DNA from: Octopus sinensis
Taxonomy: Eukaryota
DNA: 64,000 bases
Direction of reading: 5' to 3'
Assembly: GCF_006345805.1 (NCBI RefSeq)
Contig: NW_021835997.1
Span: forward strand, 124,001-188,000
The notes below the pieces were generated by a model that had not been told where the DNA came from, searched no databases, and worked only from the letters and a program-made list of their open reading frames with translations. Below, piece by piece: positions 14,235 through 27,670 of this stretch (positions are counted from its first letter, which is position 1; every line of letters starts with the position of its first letter). A program made the position numbers and the translations under genes.

Positions 14235-15528
14235 CAGTAAAACCTCTGGTGCTCGCCATTTTCGGGACCGAAGAAAAAATGGCGAGCAATAGAATTTGGC
14301 GAGCAATGGAAATAATCAATAAATTTTTCGACTTTGAAATTTTGAAAACATCTCGGTTTTCGATACTTTCCTTTCATAAGTGAGCCTTCCAAGTCATATT
14401 TGAGCAAGAAACAAAGAGAATCGAAAGAAATTAAAAGGAAAAAATTAACTAAAAAAATCTTTAATAGTTTTTTTGAATTCTGCCATATTTCTAATAACGG
14501 TTTTGATTAATTTTAACGAATTTATATCAAAATTTTTATTTTGATAAAAGAATGACTATTCTTTTCAACATTTTCAAAGCCTCTTCCGAATTAACATGAG
14601 ATTCATCATTATGAGTATCTTCATCATCATATTTTTGTGGGAAAGAATCTCCAACAATATTAAGGTAATCTTTAATTTCATCTATTTCAGTAAATTCATG
14701 ATTAATAAAATCATCTTTATCCACCGGGCCCAATATTTTCAAAATATTTACCATTTGATCATAATTTTGAAGGGATAGATTTGTAAAAAAATCCCAGTCT
14801 CATTAGCGTTATAAATGTTTTCAGCATTATATTGTTGAATCTTTGCAGAGATCAAAGAAGTAAATGCATCAATTTCTTGTTTCTGATCAACTGCAGTAGA
14901 TCCTGATTCTCCATGTAAAGTCCTCAATTTTAAGTTGTTCCGTATCTTGAACTTGCTTAGCCATCCATTGCTGGCTTTAAACTCTTTAATTCTATAAATA
15001 TTAGCAATGTTCTTTGCTTTCAACAAAATTGAATTATCGTCCCCCTTCTAAGCTCAATGTATTCCATCCAAGTTAACAGTTCGGTGTCAATAACAGAATA
15101 AGTTAATTTAGATAATCTCTTCTTATTGGAGAAAATAGGATCAGTAGACATTATTTTCTCTTTTCAAAGTCTAAAATCGTTTACAGCCCTTCGAGATATT
15201 TTTTTATTCAAAACAGAAAAAAAAATGTAAGCTATACGGTCCATCGTGAGACTTTTGTTCTCCTCCATGTACGGAATAATGCGACGTTTTTCATTAAAAG
15301 ACAATCTTTTGCTCTTACGCATGTTGAATTTAGCATGGTTGAAATATTTTATATTAAAAATAGTTTAACCAAAAAAAATGTTTTTAAAAATTAATGGCGA
15401 GATTTAGAAAATGGCGAGCAATAGAATATTTATCAAAATTTACTAGAAATCTTTAATTTTTTTGAAAATATGTGGCGAGCAATAGAGGTGGCGAGTAACA
15501 GAGGTGGCGAGCACCAGAGGTTTTACTG
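14235..15528 (-). mobile_element. pogo/Tigger DNA transposon, internally deleted, copy A only
   Basis: Perfect 24-bp TIR CAGTAAAACCTCTGGTGCTCGCCA, TA TSD, empty site in copy B (~31213); FKASNGWLSKFKIRNNLKLRTLHGESG..NANETGIF. Confidence 0.93.
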
Positions 15529-16049
15529 TAATAGAATATTAACTGGTTTTTTTAAATGACGGCTTTTCGTGGAACAGTATCTTGGTGTCAGTTTCTCTCT
15601 GCTGGAAGGTCAGTAAATGCTTACGCTGTTGACTGCCTGTACAATACATTTCAAAACGGTCTCATTTACGAGAACATATTTTTTTCACTACGGCAACAAA
15701 AATAATCAAATGACTCGTTCGATTAATATAATAAAACTGTTAATTCCCAACTCTTTTAACAGCAACTGTACAGACTACTTTTCGAAAGCTGTACCGATTA
15801 CCTTAAAATAAATACAGGCCGTTCACCAACTTTTTAAGGGACTACACCCACAGACCTTCATTCTGTGAGTAGTCTAAAATTGGGCGTCTAACACGTCTAT
15901 CACAAGATACCTACTTTGGGCATTCAATAGGAATAGGAAGTTTTATTGGAAACAGAGAAGGGTTAAAGGTTAGGGGGGAGTTTGTATAATGAAACAATAG
16001 GACTACCCTATCGACTTCTTCCCAGAAAAAAAAAGAGACCCCCTCAAGT

Positions 16050-16052
<3 letters not shown>

Positions 16053-16081
<29 letters not shown>

Positions 16082-16660
16082 CTTTTCTACCTCTGCAGGT
16101 ACGTCCCAGTGACAATTGAGTTGGATTTATAACCACTTATAGCTTTTTCGACAGTTTCACCGACCATGGAGGATTTACTTTCAAGCCACAGGGGGATTGG
16201 ATCTTCAACTTTTTGGTGGTAAGCAAGCTTCAAAGCGAGCCTGCGAGACTTTTCAAATTTAGTTAAGATGGTGTCCTTCTTTTTAGAGAAGTACCATCCC
16301 TCTTTTCCGTATAGTAGTCCCGGTAGGATCACCGTATTGAAACGTAGAGGAAAGTATCAGGCTCCAAATTTAACTTCCTCAGGCAGAACAGAGCATTAGT
16401 TGCTTTCCTTTTACTTAATTTTGCGTTTTCGAGATAGTTTCCCTTTTCATCGATGAACAAGCCAAGATATTTAATTGAGTTTTGTCGAGGTATGTTCTTG
16501 ATCAGGCACGGTAAATTTATTAAATTTCTGCTTTCTGTGATTCTCAGTAATGCGGACATTCAATGGGGCTAATTGGCAAGTTCAAAGTAGAGCCATGCAT
16601 TGACGACCAAATGAGTTATTTCAATTCACTGACAATATCGGGTGTGTCAGAGTATGCAAA
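16053..16660 (-). mobile_element. 5'-truncated LINE with poly(A) tail
   Basis: RT C-terminal motif IKYLGLFID; ~29-nt T run on the + strand just past the ORF end. Confidence 0.75.
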
Positions 16661-16804
16661 ATAGTCTCAATTATAGAACAGTGCGGTGTTGTTGTCCAAA
16701 GTTACTAGCCAACGGGAAATTCTTCACTCTTTCCCTCAGACAGTCTGCTCTGGTCAAGACAGGAGTTGTCTGCATTTCTTCCCCCATGGTATTTGAGGAG
16801 TGGC

Positions 16805-17590
16805 TGCCCTCGACCAGATGGTGGTGACCATGGATGACCTGCGGGGTGCCTTCCTCCATCTCCAACTCGCCTTTGGGTCGGCCGAGTCATTATCGACTCA
16901 TTCATTGGAATCCCCAAGTCGACGAGATTATTAAGAGTGGGGTGATGGCTGCCAGTGCGTGTGTGGCACAGGATGCCTGGGGATATACTCATTGGCTTAT
17001 TCTGGCTGGCATTCCGGGGACGGGGACAACGGCATCCCAAATAGCACTTTCGGCGGGTTTTAAATTCACGCGTGTAATCACATCGTCTCGAATGGCTGGG
17101 AATAGTGAGGAAGTGCAATTACATAAACAAGACGTTCGAGGATGCCTGTGCCCTCAGCTGCATAATCATCGACCAAGTGGAGAGTATCATCGAATACATT
17201 TCCAATGGTCTCCGCTTTTCCAAACTCATTCTCCAAATGTCCAAGGCCACCGAAATCCCCGAGAAGGTGAGCGTGGTTGGGGAGTTGTAGAATAACCGAT
17301 TACTCCTGTTGATGACCACCAGCTGTATTAAGGCACTTCACTCTCTCCATTTTGGCCACCAAGGACAGTCTCCTCATTGAGGATGTCCACTCTCTTGTTG
17401 CCGTGGTCGGGACCCTGGGGGTGTTCACGGAAAACCAGTTGAGGGAGATTGCGAGTAATTTGGGCGGACATTCGCTGTATGTGGGGATAAAGCATGCAAT
17501 TGAGGTGGCACTGTACTGGAAGCAGGCCGAGGAAGGCGAGATGGTGAGCATCTTCGCCTGCATATTACGCAACCCAATCCGCGTGATTGT
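16805..17590 (+). pseudogene. NSF: N-ethylmaleimide-sensitive factor, C-terminal D2 domain fragment
   Basis: LQLAFGS, LIHWNPQVDEIIKSG, degenerate Walker A LAGIPGTGT, CIIIDQVESIIEYISNGLRFSKLILQ, LYVGIKHAIEV; frameshifts. Confidence 0.88.
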
Positions 17591-19564
17591 CTTCCTCTGC
17601 AGGCAACGTCCCCTGTGTGATTGTCTAGTACACTTTTCTGGATATTTGCAGTGAATTGTCTGCCATCATTTGGTTTATTAGAAGAAATGGAAAGTATCAC
17701 TTACATTTGAGTGCACTTTGTTCCCTCCTTCTCCAGGAAGCCGCACCTCTCGTCTTTATCAAGCTAATGCTGTCTCTATTCTGGTTATTTCGTAGGAAAA
17801 TGTTGAGAAGGCTGGAAATTGACATCTTTGACCGGGGTCTCAACGAGCCTGGGATCTAATAGGATGCAAGCAAACTTTCAATCTGATTGGAATCTCCCTG
17901 CGCCTCGAACTAAGGCAATGTATTCCGCACGCGGGTCGTTGTGCCTGCTCTGTTGACTCTTTCGGTTTGCATCCTTTATCGTGCAGGAGGAGTGTTGGGC
18001 GATTTCCAGGGCACCTTCGGTACGCGGAAACGCACAAGCTATCCGCGAGATCTAACCGTTTTCTGGCAATGGTCGCAGATCGGGCTTGTTTTTTGGACTT
18101 TTTCTCTTTTTTAATTAAAAAAACAAAATTAGTTTAATATTGTGCGGAAAAAAATACCCACTAAAAACCACTGGACTATCGTCTCCCGGAATCTGCATTC
18201 GGTTGGATTTACCACTCAATTAAAAAACGAAATCTGAGATGCTCTAAAATATCCTTAGCTCTTCATATGGCAAAATTCACGTCATTTTGTCAGGGTCAGC
18301 CTGTAACTTACTCGACGAAATTATCATAATATCGAATTGTGAATGATTATGACAATTTTAATTGAATAAATTAAGTAAATTCGACCATTCAAGCAGACAA
18401 CTGTTTTTAATTACAGAAATAAAAAAGGCATATTTGAATAAAAAGGCATAAAAACAAATGATTTAGTTAGTATTTGTTTCTGTAAATGTGCAATTCTTAT
18501 CAAACAATTCTTTAACGTAAACTTCAAATTGTTCAAATGTCGCAGAACGAATATATTCATAATCAAGCTCCACATTGTCTGGATTCACTATAAGAAATTC
18601 GAGGAATTTTTTGAAATACAAATCTTTTAGCTTCTCATTTATAGAATTAATCTTTTCGTGAAGCGTCTATAAATATAGTAAATATAATCTGATGCATTTT
18701 CAAGATGTTGTATTTTCATACGAATATTGGCTCGATATCTCTGGGCTGCAATTTTATTTTTCTCCTTATTTTTGACTTCCTTCGACATTCAATTACGAAA
18801 CTGCGACAGTAACACTGTTTTATATTTGTCGCAAACGAAGGAAAACTGCGTAAAATGACTAAATACCTATGCAATTTACATAATTTAAACGTTTTTTTTC
18901 ATTAGTCATTTTTATTTGCATAAAATATTTAGCAGTTTAAAACTTCAAAAAAGATGTTAAATTGTTAAATCCAAATAAAAATTTAATGAATTGACTAATG
19001 AACTTTTCAACTGGCTTTAAGGTCCACGCATAGTTACTGGGTGCTTTTAACTATTGTGTTTATTTAATATGCAAAAATATTAATGGTTGAGGGAATTCAA
19101 GATATAGCCAGAAAACACGAGGTCAACTCGTACAATTAAATATCAGTCATCCATGCAGTATGGTAACAAAGTCAGAATAAATTATGAACTCAAACATAAT
19201 TCAATCAATATAATTCATGTTAATAAATTTTGCAATTTCTGATGTAGCTCTCCACCATATTTTCTTTGTTCTTACTCAGCCTGGACTAATTAAACTTCTT
19301 ATTTAGATTCTCCCTTCCCGCAACAGTCCTTCGTATATACATTTCCAGCTCTGGAAACTGTCTTGACGTAAAGATGAATTCGTTTTAACACCTATCTGGA
19401 TTTTTAAAAATTATAAATTTTTTTTAAAAGTCGAATTAAATTCAAGTCCTCCCAGTAAAAGCATATAGACAAACATATAATTATAGTTTTTAGTGGAATC
19501 ACACAAAAATAAGCAAAAAATGAAAAGAAATAGAAAACCAAGCAAAATGTAAAAACTCAGGAAA

Positions 19565-21035
19565 CTACAGTTAAAACAATTTATCTGAGACTGTGGAATG
19601 AGTAGTGGGGGCTTTGGTGCCAGACAAAGACATTCCTGCAAGTAGGCTAGCTTATGAGCATAACCACAGACAGATGGAATGTTAATAGACCCCTGAAAAA
19701 AAAAATATATAGAGCATACAGTGAAATTATAATAGACCCACGACAAGCGAAATGTTATTTGTTGAATATCATTAGGATTAATCCCATAATCATCGAATAT
19801 CACATTGTACTGAACGAGATTCACAGTACCCCCTCTCGGAGAATGCAATATAATGTAAAAGTCATACCTAAAAATATATTCAAAAAAACCAATTAGGTTT
19901 GGTCACTTTCGTATCAATAATAGTACCCGGGGGAGGATTATCATATCCATCACGAGTTTTCATGTAAAATCGAGCAGAAATTCAATAAAAGTGATGGTGG
20001 TTCTATTATGAACAGACTGAAATTACCTGATATTCTCTGTGATTTTGAGAAAGTTCAGTGCATCAGCTATTCCGCATCTAATTTGTTGGATTTCGTCGTC
20101 GTGCACTGCCTGTAATTGACCATCTCAAACCCCCTTCACGGTAAACGAAAAGATGAGTCGGAAAAACATTATGATTGGCGTAGTACCACTTAGCACATGC
20201 CTCTCCCAATACATGCAATGAACATACCAAATACATTTGGCCTCATTTTTATATGCAATTCAAATAATCTTAATTGATAACTTATCCTACTGTAGACAGA
20301 TTCCATTCAAACTAGCCACAAATGCAGTCGCAGACTGATCTCGCCTCTTAGCATCGTGATAAGTATCTATGCCTATAAACATACTACTCTTCCGCAACTA
20401 TAGAATATTAAAAAACCAATATACCGAATTAGGGAACTTAGTACCCCATGGCTGACCTCCCATTTTTGCGACCATTTGCGGCAGGACTTTAACAACCAAA
20501 GTTGTGATGTCATCTTTCGAGAAATTGTGCCGCAAAAAGACTTGGGTAGGAAATAAAAAACGAAAATAACCAGGAGTTTGAATACAAGACTGTATCTTAA
20601 TAGAATTATATCGAGCGGGGGCTTCGTTTGGAAGAATGCAAAAAATCAAACTAGAAGTATTTGCATACCTCGCAATCTCATCACAATAATCCTGTGATGA
20701 ATCTCCCGAAAGAGGTATACTAAACAAATGTGGTCTAAACACAAACATCGATCCGATTTCAAAGCTGATTCTCATTTTGTTTCCATTAGTACGGAAGGTA
20801 GACCACACATTATAAACTATTCTCTCCGTGGACGAGGGGCACAGGAGGCGAACACACTTTTCGGTGTCTGGTGAAACCAGCAATTGCTTTTTGAAGAGAA
20901 GATCCCCAAAAGCATTTCTATCCATCCGTTCCTAAAACATGACCAACCCCAACAACTTCATCTTTCCAATCGTTGAAATACAAAGCCTGATGTCGATTTT
21001 AATTAATTCCAAAGCATTCGGGTATTTAATAGTTT
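19565..21035 (-). pseudogene. PIWI: PIWI-clade Argonaute, MID+PIWI domains only, copy A
   Basis: QMVAKMGGQPW, MFIGIDTYHD, VYRE/GV*DGQL, NPPPGTIIDT, YNVIFD, IPSVCGYAHKLAY; premature TAA at 19571-19573; ~27-nt introns. Confidence 0.93.
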
Positions 21036-21318
21036 CAAGTTAAAATGATTATGACGCTCAATCACCTGATTGATGAAAATTTCTTTGTTTAATTTCCGCG
21101 TTTTTGTTAACTGAGTTACTTTTTTCAAATTTTAATAATTTAAAAAATTATTGAATTAACAAAAGTAATCATTAAGAATTTCAGGTCTTAAACAAAGAAT
21201 TTAGATGATTTGGAGTGATAAATCCGATTTATCACTCCGGACACTTAGAACGGGCCTAGACATTATAACTTACGACAATAAATAAACTAACATTTTGTAA
21301 TTAAATAAATTAAATAAG

Positions 21319-21457
21319 TGCCCCAAACCGGGGTCATCAAAAATAAATAATAGAATGAAAAATTTACTGTTTTTAAAAACTGCCCCTAAAAGCGGGGGTG
21401 CCCCAAAACCCGAGGGTGCCCCACCCATGGGGTCTGCCCCAAACCGGGGTCGTACTG
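21319..21457. mobile_element. Single end of a pogo/Tc1-mariner-type element at the duplication junction
   Basis: Terminus reads CAGTACGACCCCGGTTTGGGGCA on the minus strand, followed by TA; internal repeat tgccccaaaccggggtc at 21319; partner end not seen. Confidence 0.6.
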
Positions 21458-21818
21458 TAATGAAACTAAATAATAAAAGTCGTCCCTGATGGCCCCTGAT
21501 CTTGACCAGTGAGAGCATAAAAATGCATTTGGCACAGACACTGAAAGCAAATCCCATCATCGATAAAGACGCAATCACGATTGTGATAATGAAATTAAAA
21601 AAACTTGGATTTAAATTAAATGGACATACTTGTAGTCCTTTGACATTAGAAATTACAAATTTGTGGACACATAGTGTGTAGACGAATCCTCCAATCACCC
21701 CCAGGAGACATTTTAGTCCCCAGAGATTGGATGACGTGAACATCATTATTTTTATAATTTGAAAAGTTGTCGAAAAAAGTCGAAACGAGCAATTTTTAAG
21801 TTTATTTACGCGTTCCAT
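21458..21818 (-). pseudogene. DCST1: DCST1-like 5' fragment, copy B, cut at the transposon end
   Basis: LKCLLGVIGGFVYTL..KCIFMLSLVKIRGHQGRLLLFSF, paralogous to 3625-3984. Confidence 0.75.
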
Positions 21819-22224
21819 TGTGTTGGTATTATTTTGATGCTTTTATGTCAGGGTCCGAAAGTGTGCCTGTGCCTTAAATGTGTCATTCAGTTGATAAAAA
21901 TTGTACTAATTTTGGATAGATGAGAAAATAGTCGTCTTTCCATAGGTTATTTAGAAAGACCATTTTTAGATAACGTATTCAATATTCATTTAAATAAAAA
22001 ATGTTTTTTATAAAAATATTAAACTTGACTTTTATTAAAACTACATAAATAAAATTTGAAGAGACTGTTGTTAGCTGGTGACAAATGTCGACCTATGAGG
22101 TACTTAGTTGATATCCGAGTATTAGTCATTTGCCGCCGATTTTTGTTCAGAAAACGATTTAACCTTCCACAATATAGATTTCTCGACATTTGAATCTAAT
22201 TTAACTCATAAAGATTTTGCACAG

Positions 22225-24195
22225 AAACTAAAACCAATTCTTCGCTCAAAGTATCGCAATTTAGGAAGAAAAATGGGAAAATCTGTGAAATTTGTATGCA
22301 AGGTGGGGAATTATGCTGTGTGACTCCTGTCTCGCTCTATCACCTGATTTGCATTCTTCCTGACATGAACAATCCTCCAGAAGGGGTTTGGAATTGTCCG
22401 ACATGTGTATATCCACTTCCCGACCACGTATAGGTCGAGAGAGGTCTCCAAGTAAGGACAGAGGCCAAGAAAGACCCCTCCGTTAAGAAATTGAACGAGC
22501 CGGTCTGTCGCAAGTGTCGTTCCTCTGCAAAACGTGCTTGTCACGTGCAAATCCTGTGGACATATTTTCCACCCAGGCTGTGTCGGGATACCCCCTGAAG
22601 AGATAGACGAGGCGGTGGGTCATTGGGTTTGCAAAAAGTGCAGAGTTTGGCTGTGTTGTAGAAATGTGGTAGGTTGAGTCTCTGCCAGGGAAAGTCGAGA
22701 AAATTATGAATTGGCGGTCTGAGGGAGACCAGGCGGATTCCCCACGGTCATATTTCGTCAAATGGCTGGACTGATCGTACTGGAATTGTTCGTGGGTGAT
22801 TTGTACGCAGATGGAGGTCTGCCACCCTTCCTTGCTTCGGTCGTATTTGAAGAGAGGCCGACATGTCGTTTTCCCTGCGAATTACGGATATTCGTCAAAG
22901 AAGGAATGTTTCGGGGGAAGAACTCACAACGAATGGAGTCCGACCAGAGTGGCTGACAATTCAGCGTTTGATATCTCAGTTCTGATTATTTTCTAATCTG
23001 TAGTCACAATTCGTTGTATTTGGTCAAATGGCGAGACCTTCAGTATGATCAATGCACGTGGGAAAGTCTGATTCCGAAATAACGGACATGGAAGAACACA
23101 TTGAGAAATATCACAAGCACATGTAATGTCGCATGAGGTTATTTAGTGAGTCAATGTTCGACAATTCGCAGATAATTCAATATTCACGTTATTGGTGAGT
23201 TCCTAATGTTTAGAAAGAAAGGGAAATTTCGACGAGATTGCATCCATATCAGATGAGGGATAAAAAGAGTCGGGCAATCATCAGGTAGTCTCCTCTCCTG
23301 ATTGTAGTGAATATGAATTCGAGTGTGTGGACAGTGACAAAGTGAGGTCAAGAAAGAAGCCCCACCACCGACAGAGGCAAAGACGTGTCACCAAATTCCA
23401 CGTGTTATTGACCTCATATGAGCTGATATGTATTGACAAGAAGATTCTGTCGACATATGCCTGGAAAGTGCTTATTGTGGACGAGGCACACAGACTTAAG
23501 AATAGTTCTTCCAAGGTTCCCATTCTTCTTATTCTTAGTTCTTCCGAATATTAACTCACTACTTGTTCGGTTACAGGCTAAAGTTCACGGACAAGTGGAG
23601 ATCTACGGACTGAACTACCGTCAACAGAAGGCGTTTTACAACAACGTGATGAGATACGGGTTGCCGAATACAAGACAGTTGGCAGTCTGGAAGTATTCCT
23701 TTATATAGCAGAACACACCGTGACTTGAGTTGTAAATCTCTGAAGAAGTTGGAGAAGTACTCGGAACTGTTTTGCAAGCACGTGGGTGACCCTGAGGCGG
23801 ACAGTCCGATTGAGGGAGTCAATAACAAGCAAGTGTTGATGAAGATTGCCATAATGAGTATTATCCGGAACAAGGTGATGGAGTACGGACATGTTCTCCA
23901 TCGACGAGTACAATCCGAATGAGCAGACTGAGGGGGTCGACGACTGGGACTTTATGTGACAGAGGATTCACTGATTTGCACTCCATGTGGAATTCGGAGG
24001 GGAAACTTGTCTCGAAGGGTAAGAGAGACTCGATTTGGAATACAAAACACGACTTTTGGCAGGCATTTCTCAGTATTTCTATTGCTGACTGTCAAGTTAT
24101 GTGTACGGGCGGTGGCAGGACATAAACAAACACTTCTAGATAATCAACAGTCCATTCAGTGACTATGTAAACAAACCTAATTATCTGGAAATCAA
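22225..24195 (+). pseudogene. CHD4: CHD3/4/5 pseudogene, copy B
   Basis: Paralogue of 6105-8320; CAA where A has TAA; extra ~230-bp deletion of SNF2 motif I near 23255; frameshifts. Confidence 0.9.
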
Positions 24196-24900
24196 GTGGT
24201 GGAGTGAAGGAGTGGGTGTCTATGTGTGGCATATCCTCCCAACCTCCTTCCTTTTATTATTAGACGAGACCCTTCCCCCAAACTTGCCAAGATGGGTCGG
24301 CGGTATTTGAATTGGCGGGCAACATCAGCAAAGGATAGGAGGCAGTCAAGTTCAGCGAGGAGTGCCACCAGTCGAATGAGGGAGTGAGCATTGAGTTGAG
24401 AGAGAGGAGAATGTCGTACTCACTGTCACATATGGTGAAGTAAATATCCCCGTAGACATCGTCCAGCACTCCAATGACAACCACCCTTAGGGGACTTGTA
24501 GTGTGCCCCCTTCTCTGTCGCAAACTTCAGTTCGAACCCATCCAAATGTGACAGTATTTCCTCGTTCTCGTCCGTGAAGGAAAGGTTGAGTAGGAATCCC
24601 ACCTGTCGTGAGGAGAACTGACTCACGTGGGGGAGATACACCACTTTGCACTCGCCAATGCAGGAAGGAAGCTCCGACAACTCTTTCATGGCCACATGAC
24701 GAAGGACAGTTGTGAATGGTCATTCTTCACTTCCATTAAGCAGAGGAGTACATTCGTCCAGTCCACTCGAATAGTTCGGTTGAACTGGTTGTTCGATTCT
24801 GCCTGATCAATGTCCAGCACACGTTCAAAGATTTCCCACAGTTTATTCAGGCCTGTTCTCTCTCCAGCACTCCACAATGTCATCACACACTGACAGTTTA
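24196..24900 (-). pseudogene. MSH5: MSH5 fragment, copy B
   Basis: Paralogue of 8325-9005; retains VLDDVYGDIYFTICDSE (27 bp deleted in A). Confidence 0.82.
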
Positions 24901-25654
24901 GAAGGCAGTTGCTGACAAATATTTTTTATTGTTGCTGAAGCTTTTAAGGTCTACGTGATCGTACGAATGACTTCAGACATGATGATCTATATCAGAACAT
25001 TTTTATTTATTTAAACGCCAAGACCACGATAAGAGTCAAACAAAAGTAACGTGATCCCGATGCAGTCGACGAGGGACCTCATCTTCGCTGGGTGATCTTT
25101 CCACGAGCCCACACAAGATCCCACCGGGCGGCAGGCCGTTTTTGACGGAGCCGGATTAAAGTGTTTGAAATTGAATCGGGTTCTTAAAACTGTAAACTGA
25201 AATCGATCAATAAGAGAAATGTGGAAAATCATTCGGCACGCGGCAAAGAGCAATTAAACTGCATCTGCAGAATATATTCAAAAGGGTTGAATAATCTGAT
25301 AAAGTTCTATGCGAAAATATCACATAAGGAGGAGAGGAAATCTGACACAGCACCCTAAAACATAAGAAACGGTCAGCACCTTTTCTTTTTTCGGTGAGAG
25401 GTGTAGGATACTTTGATAAATCCAAATGTGATACCGTCATTATGGACACAGCCATTTATAAAGAAACGACAAGAATAAAAAATTTTTACCGTAAAGGTCT
25501 TTTCAATATAGGTTTAAAGAGAAGTCAGCGTCTACATGCTTAAGAACATTCACGGATTTCATTCTTACTGGATTTGAAAGCAAACCGAAACACTTAAAAA
25601 GTTTTCTTTATTCTGTCGGCATCTTAGTAAAAAAATGAAAGGGTGTGACTTGGA

Positions 25655-25825
25655 GGGATAAAATCTACGTATCATCTCCTGCCCAACAGAGTACCTCAGG
25701 GATCCTCTTTATCCTCGGCCCTTTTCAACTTCTTCCTGGAAGATCTTCCGCCCCCTACCGACAATAATGATTTCATCCTATATTATGCGGATGACATCGT
25801 ATTGGCCTCACGGGATCTCCACAAG
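25655..25825 (+). mobile_element. Non-LTR RT remnant, copy B
   Basis: VPQGSSLSSALFNFFLEDLP..YADDIVL. Confidence 0.8.
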
Positions 25826-26722
25826 TGAAGAGTACTTCCGCACCTTTTTGCATTAAGAAATTGTGGAGATTGATCCAGGGGCGGTTTACAGTAAAGAAAA
25901 CACAGTAATACAGTCCTGTTTTTTCCCATCTCCCCAATCGATCCCAGTAGGTTCAACTATGAAGGAGATTCCGAGGACTTCTAAAAGCTCTCCTGATAAG
26001 GTTAATGGCTTATTTGATAATAAAAATTTCTAAGCTTTTGCCTAGATAGACAAACTAATCACTTTATGTTTGTCATTTTTAATTTAATTTCATTAAAGTT
26101 TTATTTTTGTGGCATTATTTTGAGTAAGGAATAATCTATTTTTCATACATTTGCGAAGAGTTTAAAATTTTAGAATATAAATAAAGTCAAACTCCGTTTA
26201 CTTGCCAAATTTTTGACCAAGGCAAAAGATGGCGATTAACTGAATTTAACGAGTAACTGAATAATCAATAAAAATTTTATATGCACAAAATTTAAAAATA
26301 ATTAAACTAAATAAGTAAGGGGGCTAAACCAATAAAGATGAAGAACATGGTTTTATGCTTTATAACATAATGATGGAACTGAAAAATTTATAAAATCTGA
26401 TTAAAAAGTTGTTTTAATCCAATAGTACGAAACTGAATTAATGTATTTAGAACTATAGTGATCTAAAAACAGATGTTTAGCATAAATTCCAGTCTTTTTG
26501 ACGAATTAAATTTAAAAAATCCACCTAACTCCATTTGCGAGAATAAATTTTTCTTTGATCTTATTTCTTAAAACCATACTACAATTTCATACTCTACCGT
26601 CTTTGATGTTGTAGTTATAATTCTACGTCGCGATTAAAGTGATATTTATGAATATACCAACGTGTTAAATTGATAAAAATGTTTCGAATAGTAGCTTTGA
26701 ATTTTCTAATTTCGTCTTAGAA

Positions 26723-27670
26723 TGAGATAAGTAGGACAACTGTGGTGGCCCTATCATATTTTGGAAAGGTTGTTCTTGCTGCAGATAGCAGAACAACCCA
26801 AAATCCGAATACTCCGAACGAAAGCTGTAATAAATTGTTAGAGACGGAAAAAGACCCGACGGTCTATCGACTTTCCCGTTTGAGATAAGTAGGACAACTG
26901 TGGTGGCCCTATCATATTTTGGAGGGGTTGTTCTTGCTGCAGATAGCAGAACAACCCAAAATCCGAATACTCCGAACGAAAGCTGTAATAAATTGTTAGA
27001 GACGGAAAAAGACCCGACGGTCTATCGACTTTCCCGTTTGAGATAAGTAGGACAACTGTGGTGGCCCTATCATATTTTGGAGAGGTTGTTCTTGCTGCAG
27101 ATAGCAGAACAACCCAAAATCCGAATACTCCGAACGAAAGCTGTAATAAATTGTTAGAGACGGAAAAAGACCCGACGGTCTATCGACTTTCCCGTTTGAG
27201 ATAAGTAGGACAACTGTGGTGGCCCTATCATATTTTGGAGGGGTTGTTCTTGCTGCAGATAGCAGAACAACCCAAAATCCGAATACTCCGAACGAAAGCT
27301 GTAATAAATTGTTAGAGACGGAAAAAGACCCGACGGTCTATCGACTTTCCCGTTTGAGATAAGTAGGACAACTGTGGTGGCCCTATCATATTTTGGAGGG
27401 GTTGTTCTTGCTGCAGATAGCAGAACAACCCAAAATCCGAATACTCCGAACGAAAGCTGTAATAAATTGTTAGAGACGGAAAAAGACCCGACGGTCTATC
27501 GACTTTCCCGTTTGAGATAAGTAGGACAACTGTGGTGGCCCTATCATATTTTGGAGAGGTTGTTCTTGCTGCAGATAGCAGAACAACCCAAAATCCGAAT
27601 ACTCCGAACGAAAGCTGTAATAAATTGTTAGAGACGGAAAAAGACCCGACGGTCTATCGACTTTCCCGTT
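26723..27670 (+). repeat. Six tandem 158-bp units, each a proteasome-beta exon fragment fused to a CRE fragment
   Basis: tgag unit starts at 26723, 26881, 27039, 27197, 27355, 27513; array closes at 27671. Confidence 0.97.

Noticed and set aside
17840-18090. PICDHCQK suggesting a LIM/PHD finger
   Set aside because: Remaining ligands could not be placed in a consistent frame
26723-27670. CRISPR-like appearance of the 158-bp and ~95-bp arrays
   Set aside because: Units are fully repeated with no unique spacers, there are no cas genes, and the context is eukaryotic
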